Notes: a model not told the origin generated them from the letters alone. A stretch of 32,000 bases of DNA from Halalkalibacterium halodurans (GCF_004376175.1 NZ_SNUY01000002.1:11041-43040); one strand, 5' to 3'. Positions 8,611 through 18,765 are shown, counted from the first letter of the stretch. Numbers and translations: made by a program.

Positions 8611-9435
8611 TTAAACAACAACCGCCTCTCGCGTTTCGTTTTCTATGGTTTCCCTGAGGGTATCATAGGAAAGACAGACAGGCTTCCCACTTGTCGGGTC
8701 ATTGACAATCGTCGCTTCAATTTGGAAAACGTCACGTAAAACATCTGAACACATGACATCCTCTGGCGTGCCCTCTTTTACGACCGTTCCTTTTCGCAAA
8801 GCAATTAAATAATCGGAAAAACGAGCGGCATGGTTTAAATCATGAAGAACCATCACGATCGTGCGCCCTTCTTGTTCGTTGAGCTTTTTTAGAAGCAACA
8901 ACACTTCTAGTTGATGGGCCATATCTAAATACGTTGTTGGCTCATCAAGAAGGAGGAGCGGTGTTTGTTGTGCAAGCGCCATCGCAATCCATACCCGTTG
9001 CCGCTGCCCACCTGATAACGCCTGAATCGGGCGATGACGGAACTCTTCAAGTCCAGTAGAGTGTAGTGCTTTTTCGACGATTTGATGGTCGGCTTCAGTT
9101 AAACGTCCGAACCCCTTTTGATGGGGAAAACGGCCATATGAGACGAGCTCATATACAGTAAGTTCTCCAGGAGATTCCGGTGTTTGCGGGAGAATCGCCA
9201 TTTTTTTAGCGATGTCCCTTGTTTTTTGTTTGTGAATCGCCTTCCCATCTAAATAAGCTACGCCGGATTGTGGAGCATGGATCCGTGAGATCGTTTTGAG
9301 AATCGTCGATTTCCCGCAGCCATTTGCGCCGATGATCGTCGTGATTTTCCCTTCTGGAATGGCAATGTTGAGATCCTCTACAATTTTTGTATCGCCGTAA
9401 CCGATCGACAATGACTCCGTATAAATGATGGACAT
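8611..9435 (-). CDS. Iron(III)-siderophore ABC transporter ATP-binding protein (FecE/FhuC/YusV type)
   Basis: Walker A 'GANGCGKST', signature 'LSGGQRQRVWIAMAL', Walker B 'LLLLDEPTTYLD'. It is the last gene behind two FecCD permeases and a Fur box. Confidence 0.8.
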   Translation of the reverse strand: MSIIYTESLSIGYGDTKIVEDLNIAIPEGKITTIIGANGCGKSTILKTISRIHAPQSGVAYLDGKAIHKQKTRDIAKKMAILPQTPESPGELTVYELVSYGRFPHQKGFGRLTEADHQIVEKALHSTGLEEFRHRPIQALSGGQRQRVWIAMALAQQTPLLLLDEPTTYLDMAHQLEVLLLLKKLNEQEGRTIVMVLHDLNHAARFSDYLIALRKGTVVKEGTPEDVMCSDVLRDVFQIEATIVNDPTSGKPVCLSYDTLRETIENETREAVVV

Positions 9436-9446
9436 GGTTTTCCTCC

Positions 9447-10451
9447 TTACGGTGTTTTAATGAGTAAATAGATGAAATAAGGGGCGCCAAAAAAGGCAAC
9501 CACGATGCCAACAGGAATTTCATTTGGTGCCAGCAAATGACGAGCAACAAAATCGGCAAACAATAGGAGCAATGAGCCGGTTAATGCGGCCGCAGGAAGG
9601 AGGACGTAATGGTTCGGTCCTACCACGCGGCGGGCAAGGTGAGGGGCGATTAAGCCTAAAAAGGAAATCGCACCGCCGACAGCGACGCACGAACCGGCAA
9701 GGGCCACGGCTGCAAATAAGAGCCAGCGCCGCTCGCTTTCAACTTGTGTGCCAAGCCCAACCGCAACCGGATCGCCTAAGTTCAAGACATTTAAATAACG
9801 AGCCTTATATAAAACGAGTGGAAGGAACAGAACAATCCATGGAAGTAAGCTTAAAACATAGCTCCAATTCGCTCCCCATATGGCACCGGTTAACCAAATC
9901 GTTGCACTCATAAAATCGCGCGGTTCCATTCGCAATTGAAAAATGAGAATCGCGGCTGAAAATAAACCGGCAATTCCGATCCCTACAAGGATAAGGCGCG
10001 TCGGTGTCACTTCCCCTTTCTTTAACGCGAAAAGGTAGATTAAGACGGCGGCTGTTGCTGCTCCCATTAGGGCAAACAGCGGCATAAGAAAAATGTTAAA
10101 GGTAGATAGGCCGGTTATGCTTCCTTGCACAAAGGAAATAAATAAGACGACGGCAAGCCCAGCTCCGGCGTTAATCCCGATAATGCCTGGATCTGCTAAA
10201 GCATTTCTCGTAATCCCCTGCAAGATTGTACCAGCAACCGCCAGTCCGGCACCGATCAGCAATGCTAGCACCATTCGCGGCAAGCGAAAGCTGAACAGGA
10301 CGAGCTCTTGCCGTTCGGACCCCATCCCAATCAATGTTTTCAATACATCTGAAGGAGGAATTCGAACAGCTCCCGTATTGAGACTAACAATGAACGTAAT
10401 AAAAATAAGAACAGAAACGATAATAAAGTATGTCATGTTGCGACGGTTCAC
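9447..10451 (-). CDS. FecCD-family iron-siderophore ABC permease
   Basis: About 334 aa and highly hydrophobic. FecCD hallmarks are 'RLPRMVLALLIGAGLAVAG' and a C-terminal 'IPVGIVVAFFGAPYFIYLL'. Confidence 0.8.
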   Translation of the reverse strand: MNRRNMTYFIIVSVLIFITFIVSLNTGAVRIPPSDVLKTLIGMGSERQELVLFSFRLPRMVLALLIGAGLAVAGTILQGITRNALADPGIIGINAGAGLAVVLFISFVQGSITGLSTFNIFLMPLFALMGAATAAVLIYLFALKKGEVTPTRLILVGIGIAGLFSAAILIFQLRMEPRDFMSATIWLTGAIWGANWSYVLSLLPWIVLFLPLVLYKARYLNVLNLGDPVAVGLGTQVESERRWLLFAAVALAGSCVAVGGAISFLGLIAPHLARRVVGPNHYVLLPAAALTGSLLLLFADFVARHLLAPNEIPVGIVVAFFGAPYFIYLLIKTP

Positions 10452-11467
10452 TATAAACCCCTCCGATCTCGGCGTGCTAGATAGAGAAAGAATGGGACAC
10501 CGACAAGGGCGGTGATGGCCCCAATCGGAGTTTCAAATGGAGGATTCACCATTCGAGACCCAATGTCTGCGAGCACAAGTAGGAGGGCGCCAAAAACCGC
10601 CGAACATGGTAGCACGACCCGATAGTCAACTCCGACAAGAAAGCGCGTCACGTGGGGGATGATTAACCCGACAAACCCGACCGCTCCTGCTACTGAAACG
10701 GCGGCTCCGGTTAATAGGAGGACGGCAAGAATGGCCACAATCCGGACAAAGAACGTTCGTTGTCCTAATCCTACCGCCACTTCATCTCCTAAACTAAGAA
10801 CGGTAATGGAACGGGCAATGAACAAGGATAAAAAGAGACCGAGCAAAAAGACAGGTACGAGAAATTGAATCTGTGTCCAGTTTGTTCCAGCAACGCCGCC
10901 CGCATACCAAAAGCTTACATGTTGCGCAACTTGAAAATGGATAGCAATCCCTGTCGCAAGCGAGTCAAGGAGGGCACCGATTGCGACGCCTGCCAACGCT
11001 AACTTCACAGGAGAGAGCTGTCCCTTTGCTAGAAAGACAATTGAGAAAACGAGTGCTGCTGCAACTCCCGCTCCTGCAAACGACATTAACATCGTTTGTA
11101 AAAATGAAATCCCAGGAATGAAAGCAAACGCAATGGCGATCGCAAGGGTTGAGCCGTCCGTTAATCCTAAAATGGAAGGAGAGGCGAGCGGGTTGCGTGT
11201 CATTCCTTGCATGATCGCGCCTGAAATGGCGAGACATGCGCCCACAAGTGCCGCGGCAACGGAACGAGGGATCCGCAATTCTTGGATAATTTGGTGTTCG
11301 GTTAACGTCGGGTCAAAAGCAAATACTGCTTGCCAGACGGTTTTAAAGCCCACGTCGGCCGCTCCTAAGGAAATCGAAGCTGCCATAGCTACGGCCAATA
11401 ATACCAGACCAATGATCGCCGCGATGGCACCAATAATCGGTCTGGATATGTATTCATTTTTTCGCAC
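10451..11467 (-). CDS. FecCD-family iron-siderophore ABC permease
   Basis: 'RIPRSVAAALVGACLAISGAIMQG' and a C-terminal 'PIGAITALVGVPFFLYL'. GTG start with GAAGGTGA RBS. It shares 1 nt with the next permease gene. Confidence 0.8.
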   Translation of the reverse strand: MRKNEYISRPIIGAIAAIIGLVLLAVAMAASISLGAADVGFKTVWQAVFAFDPTLTEHQIIQELRIPRSVAAALVGACLAISGAIMQGMTRNPLASPSILGLTDGSTLAIAIAFAFIPGISFLQTMLMSFAGAGVAAALVFSIVFLAKGQLSPVKLALAGVAIGALLDSLATGIAIHFQVAQHVSFWYAGGVAGTNWTQIQFLVPVFLLGLFLSLFIARSITVLSLGDEVAVGLGQRTFFVRIVAILAVLLLTGAAVSVAGAVGFVGLIIPHVTRFLVGVDYRVVLPCSAVFGALLLVLADIGSRMVNPPFETPIGAITALVGVPFFLYLARRDRRGL

Positions 11468-11501
11468 AGGGTGTCACCTTCTAGAAATATACAATTAATA
11501 T

Positions 11502-11516
11502 TGATAATCATTATCA
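11502..11516. promoter_or_regulatory. Fur box (perfect 7-1-7 inverted repeat)
   Basis: TGATAATCATTATCA matches the Bacillus Fur 7-1-7 consensus TGATAATnATTATCA exactly. It lies 35-49 nt upstream of the permease start codon, in the promoter region. Confidence 0.85.
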
Positions 11517-11581
11517 CTCAAATAAGTATATAACGGAAAGAAGAAAGATTCAATGAAAAAACAGAAGGAGGACTGAATTTG

Positions 11582-11610
11582 AAAACGCCCTAAGCATGAC
11601 GATAGATGCT
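11582..11610 (-). terminator. Intrinsic terminator after glgP
   Basis: On the minus strand, AACGCCTTAAGCAT, an 8 nt loop, ATGCTTAGGGCGTT, then TTTC. It lies 19 nt past the glgP stop. Confidence 0.75.
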
Positions 11611-11628
11611 TAAGGCGTTTAGAAGAGG

Positions 11629-14076
11629 TTACCGCGATTGGGTGGTCGAGGAAATCGTGACAGGGTGAATGTCCCAAATCTCACTTGCATATTCAGAGAT
11701 CGTTCGATCACTTGAAAATTTTCCGGAATGAGCGATGTTCGTAATGCTCTTTTTCAACCACTCTGTCGGTTGACGATAGGCTTGCTCAAGCAAGTCTTGA
11801 GCTTCCACGTATGAATCAAAATCTTTCAGCACGAAATACTCATCATTATTTGAAAGGAGGGTATAGTAAATGTCTTTAAACTCCACGTCGTCATTGGATA
11901 ACGAGCCGTTGACGAGCTGATCCATCACGCGGCGAATCCGTTGATCACCGTTGTATACATCCCGTGAGCGATACATGCGTGAAAGCTGATAGGCGAGCAC
12001 ATCTTCAGCCGTTAATCCGAATGTGAAAATATTATCCGGCCCGACCATTTCACGAATTTCTACATTCGCACCATCTAATGTCCCAATCGTGATCGCGCCA
12101 TTCATCATGAATTTCATGTTACCTGTGCCAGAAGCTTCTTTGCTCGCCGTTGAAATTTGCTCACTTACATCTGTAGCAGGGATAATCTGTTCCGCTAATG
12201 ATACGTTATAGTTTTCGAGAAATACCACTCTGATCTTCTCTCTAACGATTGGATCTGCTGCGATTTTTGCGGCAGTCGTCGTAATCAGCTTAATGACCTT
12301 TTTCGCAAAGTGGTACCCTGGAGCAGCTTTGGCACCGAAAATAAACGTCCGTGGAACCATATCCATGTTCGGATTATCGCGGATCATTTCATACAAATGA
12401 AGAATGTGAAAAACATTTAACAGCTGCCTTTTATAGCCATGAAGCCGTTTAATGTGCACATCAAAGATTGAGCGATCATCGACGCGGATGCCTGTTCTCT
12501 CTTGAATGTATTTGGCCAATGCTGTTTTATTTGCCTGTTTCACTCCAGCAATTTTCTCTTGAAATGCCGCGTCACCGGCATATTTAAGCAAGGTGATCAA
12601 TTGCTTCGGTTCACGGACCCACGTTTCTCCGATCGCTTCGGTAATAAGTGACGCGAGGGGTGGATTGGCCATCAATAGCCAACGCCGGTGGGTGATTCCG
12701 TTCGTTTTATTGTTGAATTTTTCCGGGAAGACCGTATAGAACGGCTTCATCACACTATTTTTTAAAATGTCTGTGTGAAGTTTGGCGACGCCGTTTACGC
12801 TATAGCTACCGACAATAGCTAAATGAGCCATATGAATTTGCCCGTAAGAAATGATCGCCATATGTTTAATTTCGTCCCGTAGCGTCGGATGGGCAAGCCA
12901 AAGATGGCGACAAAAGCGCTCGTTAATCTCGTGAATGATCATGTAAATCCGTGGCAATAACGTTTTAACCATATCAACTGGCCATGTTTCTAACGCTTCG
13001 CTCATCGTTGTATGATTCGTATAAGCAACCGTGCGTGTCGTAAGCTCCCATGCTTTTTCCCACGAAAGTTGTTCTTGATCCAAAAGCAATCGCATGAGCT
13101 CAGGGATGACAAGACTCGGGTGGGTATCATTGATTTGAATCGCTATTTTTTCAGGTAAAAGATCGACCGATGGATAAGAGTTTTTAAATTCCCGCAAAAT
13201 GCACTGCAAGCCAGCCGACACGAGAAAGTATTGCTGTTTCAAGCGAAGCAGGCGGCCTTCGTACGAAGAGTCATCTGGATAGAGAAACTCGGAAATCTGT
13301 TCAACCGAACGCTTATAATCTAAGTAGTGGTAATAGTCTTTTCGATCAATTGAATAAAAGTGAAAGTCATTGGTTGTCGATTCTGCGCTCCAAAGCCTAA
13401 GGGTGTTCACCGTATTGTTTTGATACCCTGATACCGGAATATCATACGGGACCGCTAGTACTTTTTCATAGTGATGATGTTTAAACGTCAGGCGGCCACT
13501 CTCTTCCACGGTTTCGATTTCACCACCAAAATGAACCTCCACTGTTTGGTCCAGCCTTTTTGTCTCCCACACATATTCATTTTTAAGCCAATAATCTGGT
13601 AATTCCACTTGGTTGCCGTCGACGATTTTTTGTTGAAATAGGCCGTATTTATAGCGAATCCCGCAGCCGTGGCCCGGCAGCTCCAAAGAGGCTAGGGAAT
13701 CAAGAAAGCAAGCGGCTAACCGACCGAGGCCACCATTGCCTAATCCAGGATCCTGCTCTTGGCCGAGAACTTCTTCCAAGTTAAAACCAAGCTCTTCAAG
13801 CCCTTGTTTGCAAGTTTCCAACAGGCCTGAGTTCAAAAGGTTGGTTGTCATTAAGCGTCCGAGTAAAAATTCCATTGAGAAGTAATACACTTGTTTTTGT
13901 GAGTTGCTTCGGTACGTTCCTTTCGTATCCTGCCATTTTCGATTAAGGAGCTCTCGCAAAATGAGGCCCACTGTTTGAAAGGCCTCAAAAGGGGTGGCCT
14001 TCTCAACCTTTTTCCCAAAGGTCGTCATTAATTTATCGCTGAATTGCTGGCGGAACTCGTGAACGAATAGACTCAT
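11629..14076 (-). CDS. glgP: Glycogen/alpha-glucan phosphorylase
   Basis: 815 aa. It has the PLP-lysine motif 'EASGTGNMKFMMNGA' and the conserved 'YFSMEFLLGR' and 'GNGGLGRLAACFLDS' blocks. Confidence 0.95.
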   Translation of the reverse strand: MSLFVHEFRQQFSDKLMTTFGKKVEKATPFEAFQTVGLILRELLNRKWQDTKGTYRSNSQKQVYYFSMEFLLGRLMTTNLLNSGLLETCKQGLEELGFNLEEVLGQEQDPGLGNGGLGRLAACFLDSLASLELPGHGCGIRYKYGLFQQKIVDGNQVELPDYWLKNEYVWETKRLDQTVEVHFGGEIETVEESGRLTFKHHHYEKVLAVPYDIPVSGYQNNTVNTLRLWSAESTTNDFHFYSIDRKDYYHYLDYKRSVEQISEFLYPDDSSYEGRLLRLKQQYFLVSAGLQCILREFKNSYPSVDLLPEKIAIQINDTHPSLVIPELMRLLLDQEQLSWEKAWELTTRTVAYTNHTTMSEALETWPVDMVKTLLPRIYMIIHEINERFCRHLWLAHPTLRDEIKHMAIISYGQIHMAHLAIVGSYSVNGVAKLHTDILKNSVMKPFYTVFPEKFNNKTNGITHRRWLLMANPPLASLITEAIGETWVREPKQLITLLKYAGDAAFQEKIAGVKQANKTALAKYIQERTGIRVDDRSIFDVHIKRLHGYKRQLLNVFHILHLYEMIRDNPNMDMVPRTFIFGAKAAPGYHFAKKVIKLITTTAAKIAADPIVREKIRVVFLENYNVSLAEQIIPATDVSEQISTASKEASGTGNMKFMMNGAITIGTLDGANVEIREMVGPDNIFTFGLTAEDVLAYQLSRMYRSRDVYNGDQRIRRVMDQLVNGSLSNDDVEFKDIYYTLLSNNDEYFVLKDFDSYVEAQDLLEQAYRQPTEWLKKSITNIAHSGKFSSDRTISEYASEIWDIHPVTISSTTQSR

Positions 14077-15503
14077 GCCTCCACCTTCCTTTTCCCTAGT
14101 ATTTCTTCATAAAGCGCTGTATATTGTTTGGCGGAAACGTCCCATCCTACTTCCGAGTTGTAGATGTTAAGCAAAAGGTTTTCCCACTCTTTTTCCGTAC
14201 GATAAAAACGGAGGGCTCGCTTGATTGTATACAAGAAATCATGGGCGTTATAGTGAGTAAAACTGAATCCATTTCCTTTGCCTATTTCTTCATTATAGGA
14301 TTGAATCGTGTCATATAACCCTCCTGTTTCACGAACGATTGGAACCGTTTCGTAGCGAAGGGAAATCATTTGGCTAAGTCCGCACGGTTCGAATCGGGAC
14401 GGCATGATGAATAAATCAGCCCCTGCATAAAGCTTACGTGCGAGCGGCTCCGCAAACACACATTTAAATGAAATTTGATGTGGATGCAAAGAAGCTAGAT
14501 GATGCAGTTGGTCCTCTAAAGAAGGATCGCCTGTACCGAGAATGGCGAGCTGCACATTTTCCGTTGTCACAAGTTCACCTGCAATTTGGGTGAGAAGAGG
14601 GACCCCTTTCTCTTCTACGAGACGGTTGACCATCGCAATAAGAGGAATGTCCTTGCGCTCTGGCAATTCAAACAGACGTTGGATGACCTGTTTGTTTTTC
14701 CGTTTTTCCATTTGATTGTGCTTATAAGGATACGTAACATGCGGATCGGTTTTTGGATCGAAATCCTCCAGGTCAATCCCATTTAAAATACCTCTTGTTT
14801 TTCCTCGTTCTTGATGAAGCAATCCGTGCAAGCCTTCGCCAAAGGCAGGGGTTTGTATTTCCTGAGCATATGTTGGGCTTACCGTTGTAACCCGGTCAGA
14901 ATGGACGAGTGCTCCCTTCAAAAAATTGATCGCACCGTCCATCTCTAATCCAGCAAAGTGCTCTGGCGCAAAGTGAAGCAATTCGCGAAAAACATCAAGG
15001 GGAAAGGCTCCTTGATAGCGAAGGTTATGGATTGTGAACACCGTTGGTACGGGATTTTCGACGGAACCCGTTTTCATATAGGCAGGAATAAGACCTGACT
15101 GCCAATCATGGCAATGAATTAAATCAGGTGATTCATCAAGGAACGGTAAAGAGCTAAGAACAGCATGATTAAAAAATGTGAACCGTTCAGCCTCATCGAG
15201 ATAGCCGTAAAGGCGTTCCCGCTTAAAGTAATATTCGTTATCGATGAAGTAGTAGGTCACTCCTTGATCTACAAACTGCTCCAGTCCACAATATTGATTT
15301 CGCCATGTGACGGAGACCGTGAACGATTTTTTTAACGTTAATTGGTTCTGCCATTCGTCAGAGAGGTGTCCATATTTTGGTAGGATGACGGAAACATTGA
15401 TCCCTTGTTTTATAAGAGCTTTTGGGAGCGAACCGAGAACGTCGGCAAGTCCCCCTGTTTTGAAAAAAGGGCTGCATTCTGAAGCGACGTGTAACACATT
15501 CAC
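14073..15503 (-). CDS. glgA: Glycogen synthase (ADP-glucose type)
   Basis: N-terminal 'ASECSPFFKTGGLADV' (KTGGL motif), 476 aa. GTG start with AAGGAG RBS. ATGA overlap with glgP. Confidence 0.95.
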   Translation of the reverse strand: MNVLHVASECSPFFKTGGLADVLGSLPKALIKQGINVSVILPKYGHLSDEWQNQLTLKKSFTVSVTWRNQYCGLEQFVDQGVTYYFIDNEYYFKRERLYGYLDEAERFTFFNHAVLSSLPFLDESPDLIHCHDWQSGLIPAYMKTGSVENPVPTVFTIHNLRYQGAFPLDVFRELLHFAPEHFAGLEMDGAINFLKGALVHSDRVTTVSPTYAQEIQTPAFGEGLHGLLHQERGKTRGILNGIDLEDFDPKTDPHVTYPYKHNQMEKRKNKQVIQRLFELPERKDIPLIAMVNRLVEEKGVPLLTQIAGELVTTENVQLAILGTGDPSLEDQLHHLASLHPHQISFKCVFAEPLARKLYAGADLFIMPSRFEPCGLSQMISLRYETVPIVRETGGLYDTIQSYNEEIGKGNGFSFTHYNAHDFLYTIKRALRFYRTEKEWENLLLNIYNSEVGWDVSAKQYTALYEEILGKRKVEA

Positions 15504-15533
15504 TGTTGTTCTCTCCTTTTACGTGAGCTTAAT

Positions 15534-16640
15534 TTACATGGCTTTACGTTTGGCAATGACAAACGGCTGTTCAGGGGCTCCAGCAAATTGTCGGTTCGGT
15601 GATATAAGGATATCTTTATCAAGGATGACATGGTCTAGGTGGGTATCCTCATGAATGTAACAACGCTGCATAATGATCGAGTTTTTAATCGATACCCCTT
15701 TAGCCACATACACGCCGCGAAACAAGATCGAGTTTTCAACATGACCTTCAATGACGCAGCCGTTTGCAACTAAAGAGTTCGATACTTCTGAGCCGTTCAC
15801 ATACTTTGCTGGCGGTTCATCTTTAATTTTTGTATAGATAGGGGAACCAGCTAAAAAGAGCGATTGGTAGATTTCTGGCTTTAAAAGGTCCATGCTATGT
15901 TTGTAGTAGCTAGCAACAGAAGAAATGATTGAGAGATAGCCTTTATATTCATACGCGCGAATTGCGAGCTCATTAAGATTGCTCATAATACCGTCTACAA
16001 ACAGATCTTGCTTGTGGTACCCTATGCAGTGATTTAAAAGCTCCAAGAGTAATTCTTTGCGAATAATGTACATTTGCATATAAAGATTCGAATTCATTTC
16101 GTCATTGGTGATACTTTTCACATTTCCAAACGAATCAAACTCAAGCTTCATTCGATACCGATCCTCTGGTTCAAGCTGATCCACTTTTTTATATAAAACG
16201 GTCACATCCGCTTTCGTTTCTTGGTGTCTTTTGAAGGCATCCTCGTAATCAACCTTCGAGATGAATTGACTTCCACTAACAAGGACGTGATCGGCGTTTC
16301 CGCGATGAAAGAAATCACGATGGTTATGAAAGTGACGTAAATCTCCTTTCGAAATGTCGGTAGGATCATTCCAATCAGGAGGAAGGATAAATAATCCACC
16401 TCGTTTTCGATTTAAATCCCATGGAGCACCTGTTCCTAAGTGATCCATAAGGGAGCGATATTTATTTCGGGCAAACACGGCGATATCTTGGATACCGTTA
16501 TTCACCATATTGGAAAGAACAAAATCAATCATCCGGTAGCGTCCGCCAAACGGGACACCTGCTACGCTGCGAAAATACGTAAGCTCGTGCAACAGGTCTT
16601 GATCGTGATCGAGGTTAACAACACCCATAAGTGATTTCAT
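15534..16640 (-). CDS. glgD: Glucose-1-phosphate adenylyltransferase regulatory subunit GlgD
   Basis: It is a GlgC paralog that lacks the GGxGxRL loop ('VAGVPFGGRYRMIDFVLSNMVNNG'). AAGGAG RBS lies 9 nt before ATG 16640, which I prefer over the ORF-track start at 16664. Confidence 0.85.
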   Translation of the reverse strand: MKSLMGVVNLDHDQDLLHELTYFRSVAGVPFGGRYRMIDFVLSNMVNNGIQDIAVFARNKYRSLMDHLGTGAPWDLNRKRGGLFILPPDWNDPTDISKGDLRHFHNHRDFFHRGNADHVLVSGSQFISKVDYEDAFKRHQETKADVTVLYKKVDQLEPEDRYRMKLEFDSFGNVKSITNDEMNSNLYMQMYIIRKELLLELLNHCIGYHKQDLFVDGIMSNLNELAIRAYEYKGYLSIISSVASYYKHSMDLLKPEIYQSLFLAGSPIYTKIKDEPPAKYVNGSEVSNSLVANGCVIEGHVENSILFRGVYVAKGVSIKNSIIMQRCYIHEDTHLDHVILDKDILISPNRQFAGAPEQPFVIAKRKAM

Positions 16641-16660
16641 TTGATCCAGCTCCTTTATCA

Positions 16661-17812
16661 TCATTGATTTGCTGCAATTGAAGGGGAAAATTCAGTATCT
16701 TTATCGATGACGAGAATATCATCTGGATCGCTTGGAGCTAAGTGAGTACCTGATGGGATGCACGCTCCTTCCATAATAATTGTTCGCCGAAGAACGACAT
16801 TTTCTCCCACTTTTACATTTGGCATTAACACAGATTCGAAGACTGAGGAGTTTGCACCGATATGGACACCAGGAAACAAAATGGATTGCTCTACATTTCC
16901 ATGGACGACGCACCCTTCATTCACGAGTGAGCATCTAACGTAGGCTCTCGTCGAAATATATTGAGGTGGCTGGTTACGATTGACCGAGTAAATCCGCCAA
17001 GACGGATCATTTAACATCAGAGAAGAATGTTCATCCAGTAAGTCCATATTAGCTTCCCAATAACTTTTGATTGTTCCAACATCTTTCCAATAACCTTCAA
17101 ACGGGTAGGCGACAAGCTTTAAATCTTTTGCGAGCATTTTCGGTATAATATCTTTTCCAAAGTCATGGCTCGAGTTTGCTTGCTTCGCATCTTGGATCAG
17201 ATAGGATTTTAGTACAGACCAATTAAAAATATAAATGCCCATTGAAGCGAGGTTGCTTATCGGTGTGGTCGGTTTTTCTTCAAATTGGGTAATCGTCATT
17301 TCCTCATTTGTATTCATAATGCCAAAACGACTCGCTTCTTCCCATGGGACTTCAATGACTGAAATCGTAGCATCAGCCCCGAGTTTTTTATGATGGCTAA
17401 GCATGCGGTCGTAGTCCATTTTGTAAATGTGATCCCCTGATAAAATGAGGACATATTCAGGATCATACTGCTCAATGTAGTATCTGTTTTGGTAGATGGC
17501 GTCAGCGGTACCTTTGTACCAAGAGCCTCCTTGTTTTTCGATGTAGGGAGGGAGAACGATCACTCCTCCGTGACGTCGATCTAAATCCCAAGGACTCCCG
17601 ATTCCAATGTGACCGTTTAAGGCGAGCGGTTCGTATTGGGTAAGAACACCAACCGTATCGATACCTGAGTTCGTGCAATTGCTCAATGGGAAATCGATAA
17701 TTCGATATTTCCCCCCAAAATAGACAGCTGGCTTTGCTAACTTTCTAGTCAGTTGACCAAGCCTCTTTCCTTCTCCTCCTGCAAGGAGCATTCCTACAAT
17801 TTCTTTTTTCAT
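16661..17812 (-). CDS. glgC: Glucose-1-phosphate adenylyltransferase
   Basis: '[46 protein letters not shown]'. GAGGTGG RBS lies 6 nt before ATG 17812. The 54-codon N-terminal extension in the ORF track is AT-rich and non-homologous. Confidence 0.9.
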   Translation of the reverse strand: MKKEIVGMLLAGGEGKRLGQLTRKLAKPAVYFGGKYRIIDFPLSNCTNSGIDTVGVLTQYEPLALNGHIGIGSPWDLDRRHGGVIVLPPYIEKQGGSWYKGTADAIYQNRYYIEQYDPEYVLILSGDHIYKMDYDRMLSHHKKLGADATISVIEVPWEEASRFGIMNTNEEMTITQFEEKPTTPISNLASMGIYIFNWSVLKSYLIQDAKQANSSHDFGKDIIPKMLAKDLKLVAYPFEGYWKDVGTIKSYWEANMDLLDEHSSLMLNDPSWRIYSVNRNQPPQYISTRAYVRCSLVNEGCVVHGNVEQSILFPGVHIGANSSVFESVLMPNVKVGENVVLRRTIIMEGACIPSGTHLAPSDPDDILVIDKDTEFSPSIAANQ

Positions 17813-18259
17813 TCGCATCCACCTCGCCCTGTTTAATCGATGTAAAGAATAGATAGTTGAAATATATAAAAATGAAACATTCATCTCTATGTAAGAGAGA
17901 ACGGTTTCAATTCCTAGTTTTTTCAGAAATTGCCTTCGTCCATAAAGATACAGAAAAATCGGAATATTTCGCACAAAACTTGTCGATTTTTGAAAAGAAA
18001 TGATAGATAATTTAGATCGAATATACTAAAATAAAAGAGGACTAAAGTTTTAGGTTGTTTGATTGATCGACATGACTTGAAAACCGATTAAATGATAATG
18101 TATTCCTAATTTAAAGAGGTTGTCCAAGCCATTGTCAGTCATCTCGTTATAAATTTAAAATGAAAATAGGTAGAATTTATTGGTAAAAAAGTCATTTGAC
18201 TCAAATTGAACACATATCGAATCAGAGTCAATGTAATTTGCATAATTGGAGGTCGATCA

Positions 18260-18718
18260 ATGAATCACAAACATGTAAATGCTATTTGTCGTGCTACAAG
18301 AGGAATTTTAACCAATCATTTCGGTGTGGAAGCTACACCGAAAAACCCTAGTGCTGGATCTGGAAATATCCCATCAAATGATGTGGCCGTGATCTTAGGT
18401 GTTAAAGGAGAGTTACGTGGACAAATTATCTGTTCGTTTTCAGATAGAACCGCCAAAAAACTCGTCAGCATTATGATGGGGGGGATGGAAATCCATCAGC
18501 TAGATCAAATTGGTTGGAGCGCCGTTCAAGAATTCGGCAATTGGGTAGCAGGAAACACAGCAACTGAACTTTCAAAGGAAGCCTGTATTATTGATGTTAC
18601 GCCACCAGTTGTCAACGAGGGTAATTCTACATTTCGCTCTGCGGCACCGTTCATTACGGTTCCCTTAACGAGTCAAATTGGAGATATACAAGTGCATATT
18701 TCGGTAAAAAACGATTAG
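18260..18718 (+). CDS. CheX-like protein (CheC/CheX/FliY phosphatase-fold family)
   Basis: About 152 aa. The pattern 'ILGVKGELRGQIICSF...AKKLVSIMMGG...GWSAVQEFGNWVAGNTAT' resembles the CheX family. GGAGG RBS at 18248-18252 precedes ATG 18260. Confidence 0.6.
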   Translation: MNHKHVNAICRATRGILTNHFGVEATPKNPSAGSGNIPSNDVAVILGVKGELRGQIICSFSDRTAKKLVSIMMGGMEIHQLDQIGWSAVQEFGNWVAGNTATELSKEACIIDVTPPVVNEGNSTFRSAAPFITVPLTSQIGDIQVHISVKND

Positions 18719-18735
18719 AAGTATTAAACGTAAAA

Positions 18736-18765
18736 GGCTCATTGGATGTTCAATGGGCTTTTTTT
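18736..18765 (+). terminator. Intrinsic terminator after the CheX-like gene
   Basis: GGCTCATTG, a 6 nt loop, CAATGGGCT (one G.U), then TTTTTTT. Confidence 0.7.

Noticed and set aside
17813-17974. 54-codon N-terminal extension of glgC in the ORF track
   Set aside because: The canonical GlgC N-terminus ([14 protein letters not shown]) starts at 17812 with a GAGGTGG RBS. The extension is AT-rich, non-conserved-looking sequence.
17813-18259. Searched for a sigmaE-type or cre-controlled promoter for the glg operon (for example TGAAAACCGATTAAA near 18080 and CATAGAGA near 17895 on the minus strand)
   Set aside because: The matches to consensus are partial, and the cre-like site lacks the central CG at the right position. 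This is not enough to annotate.
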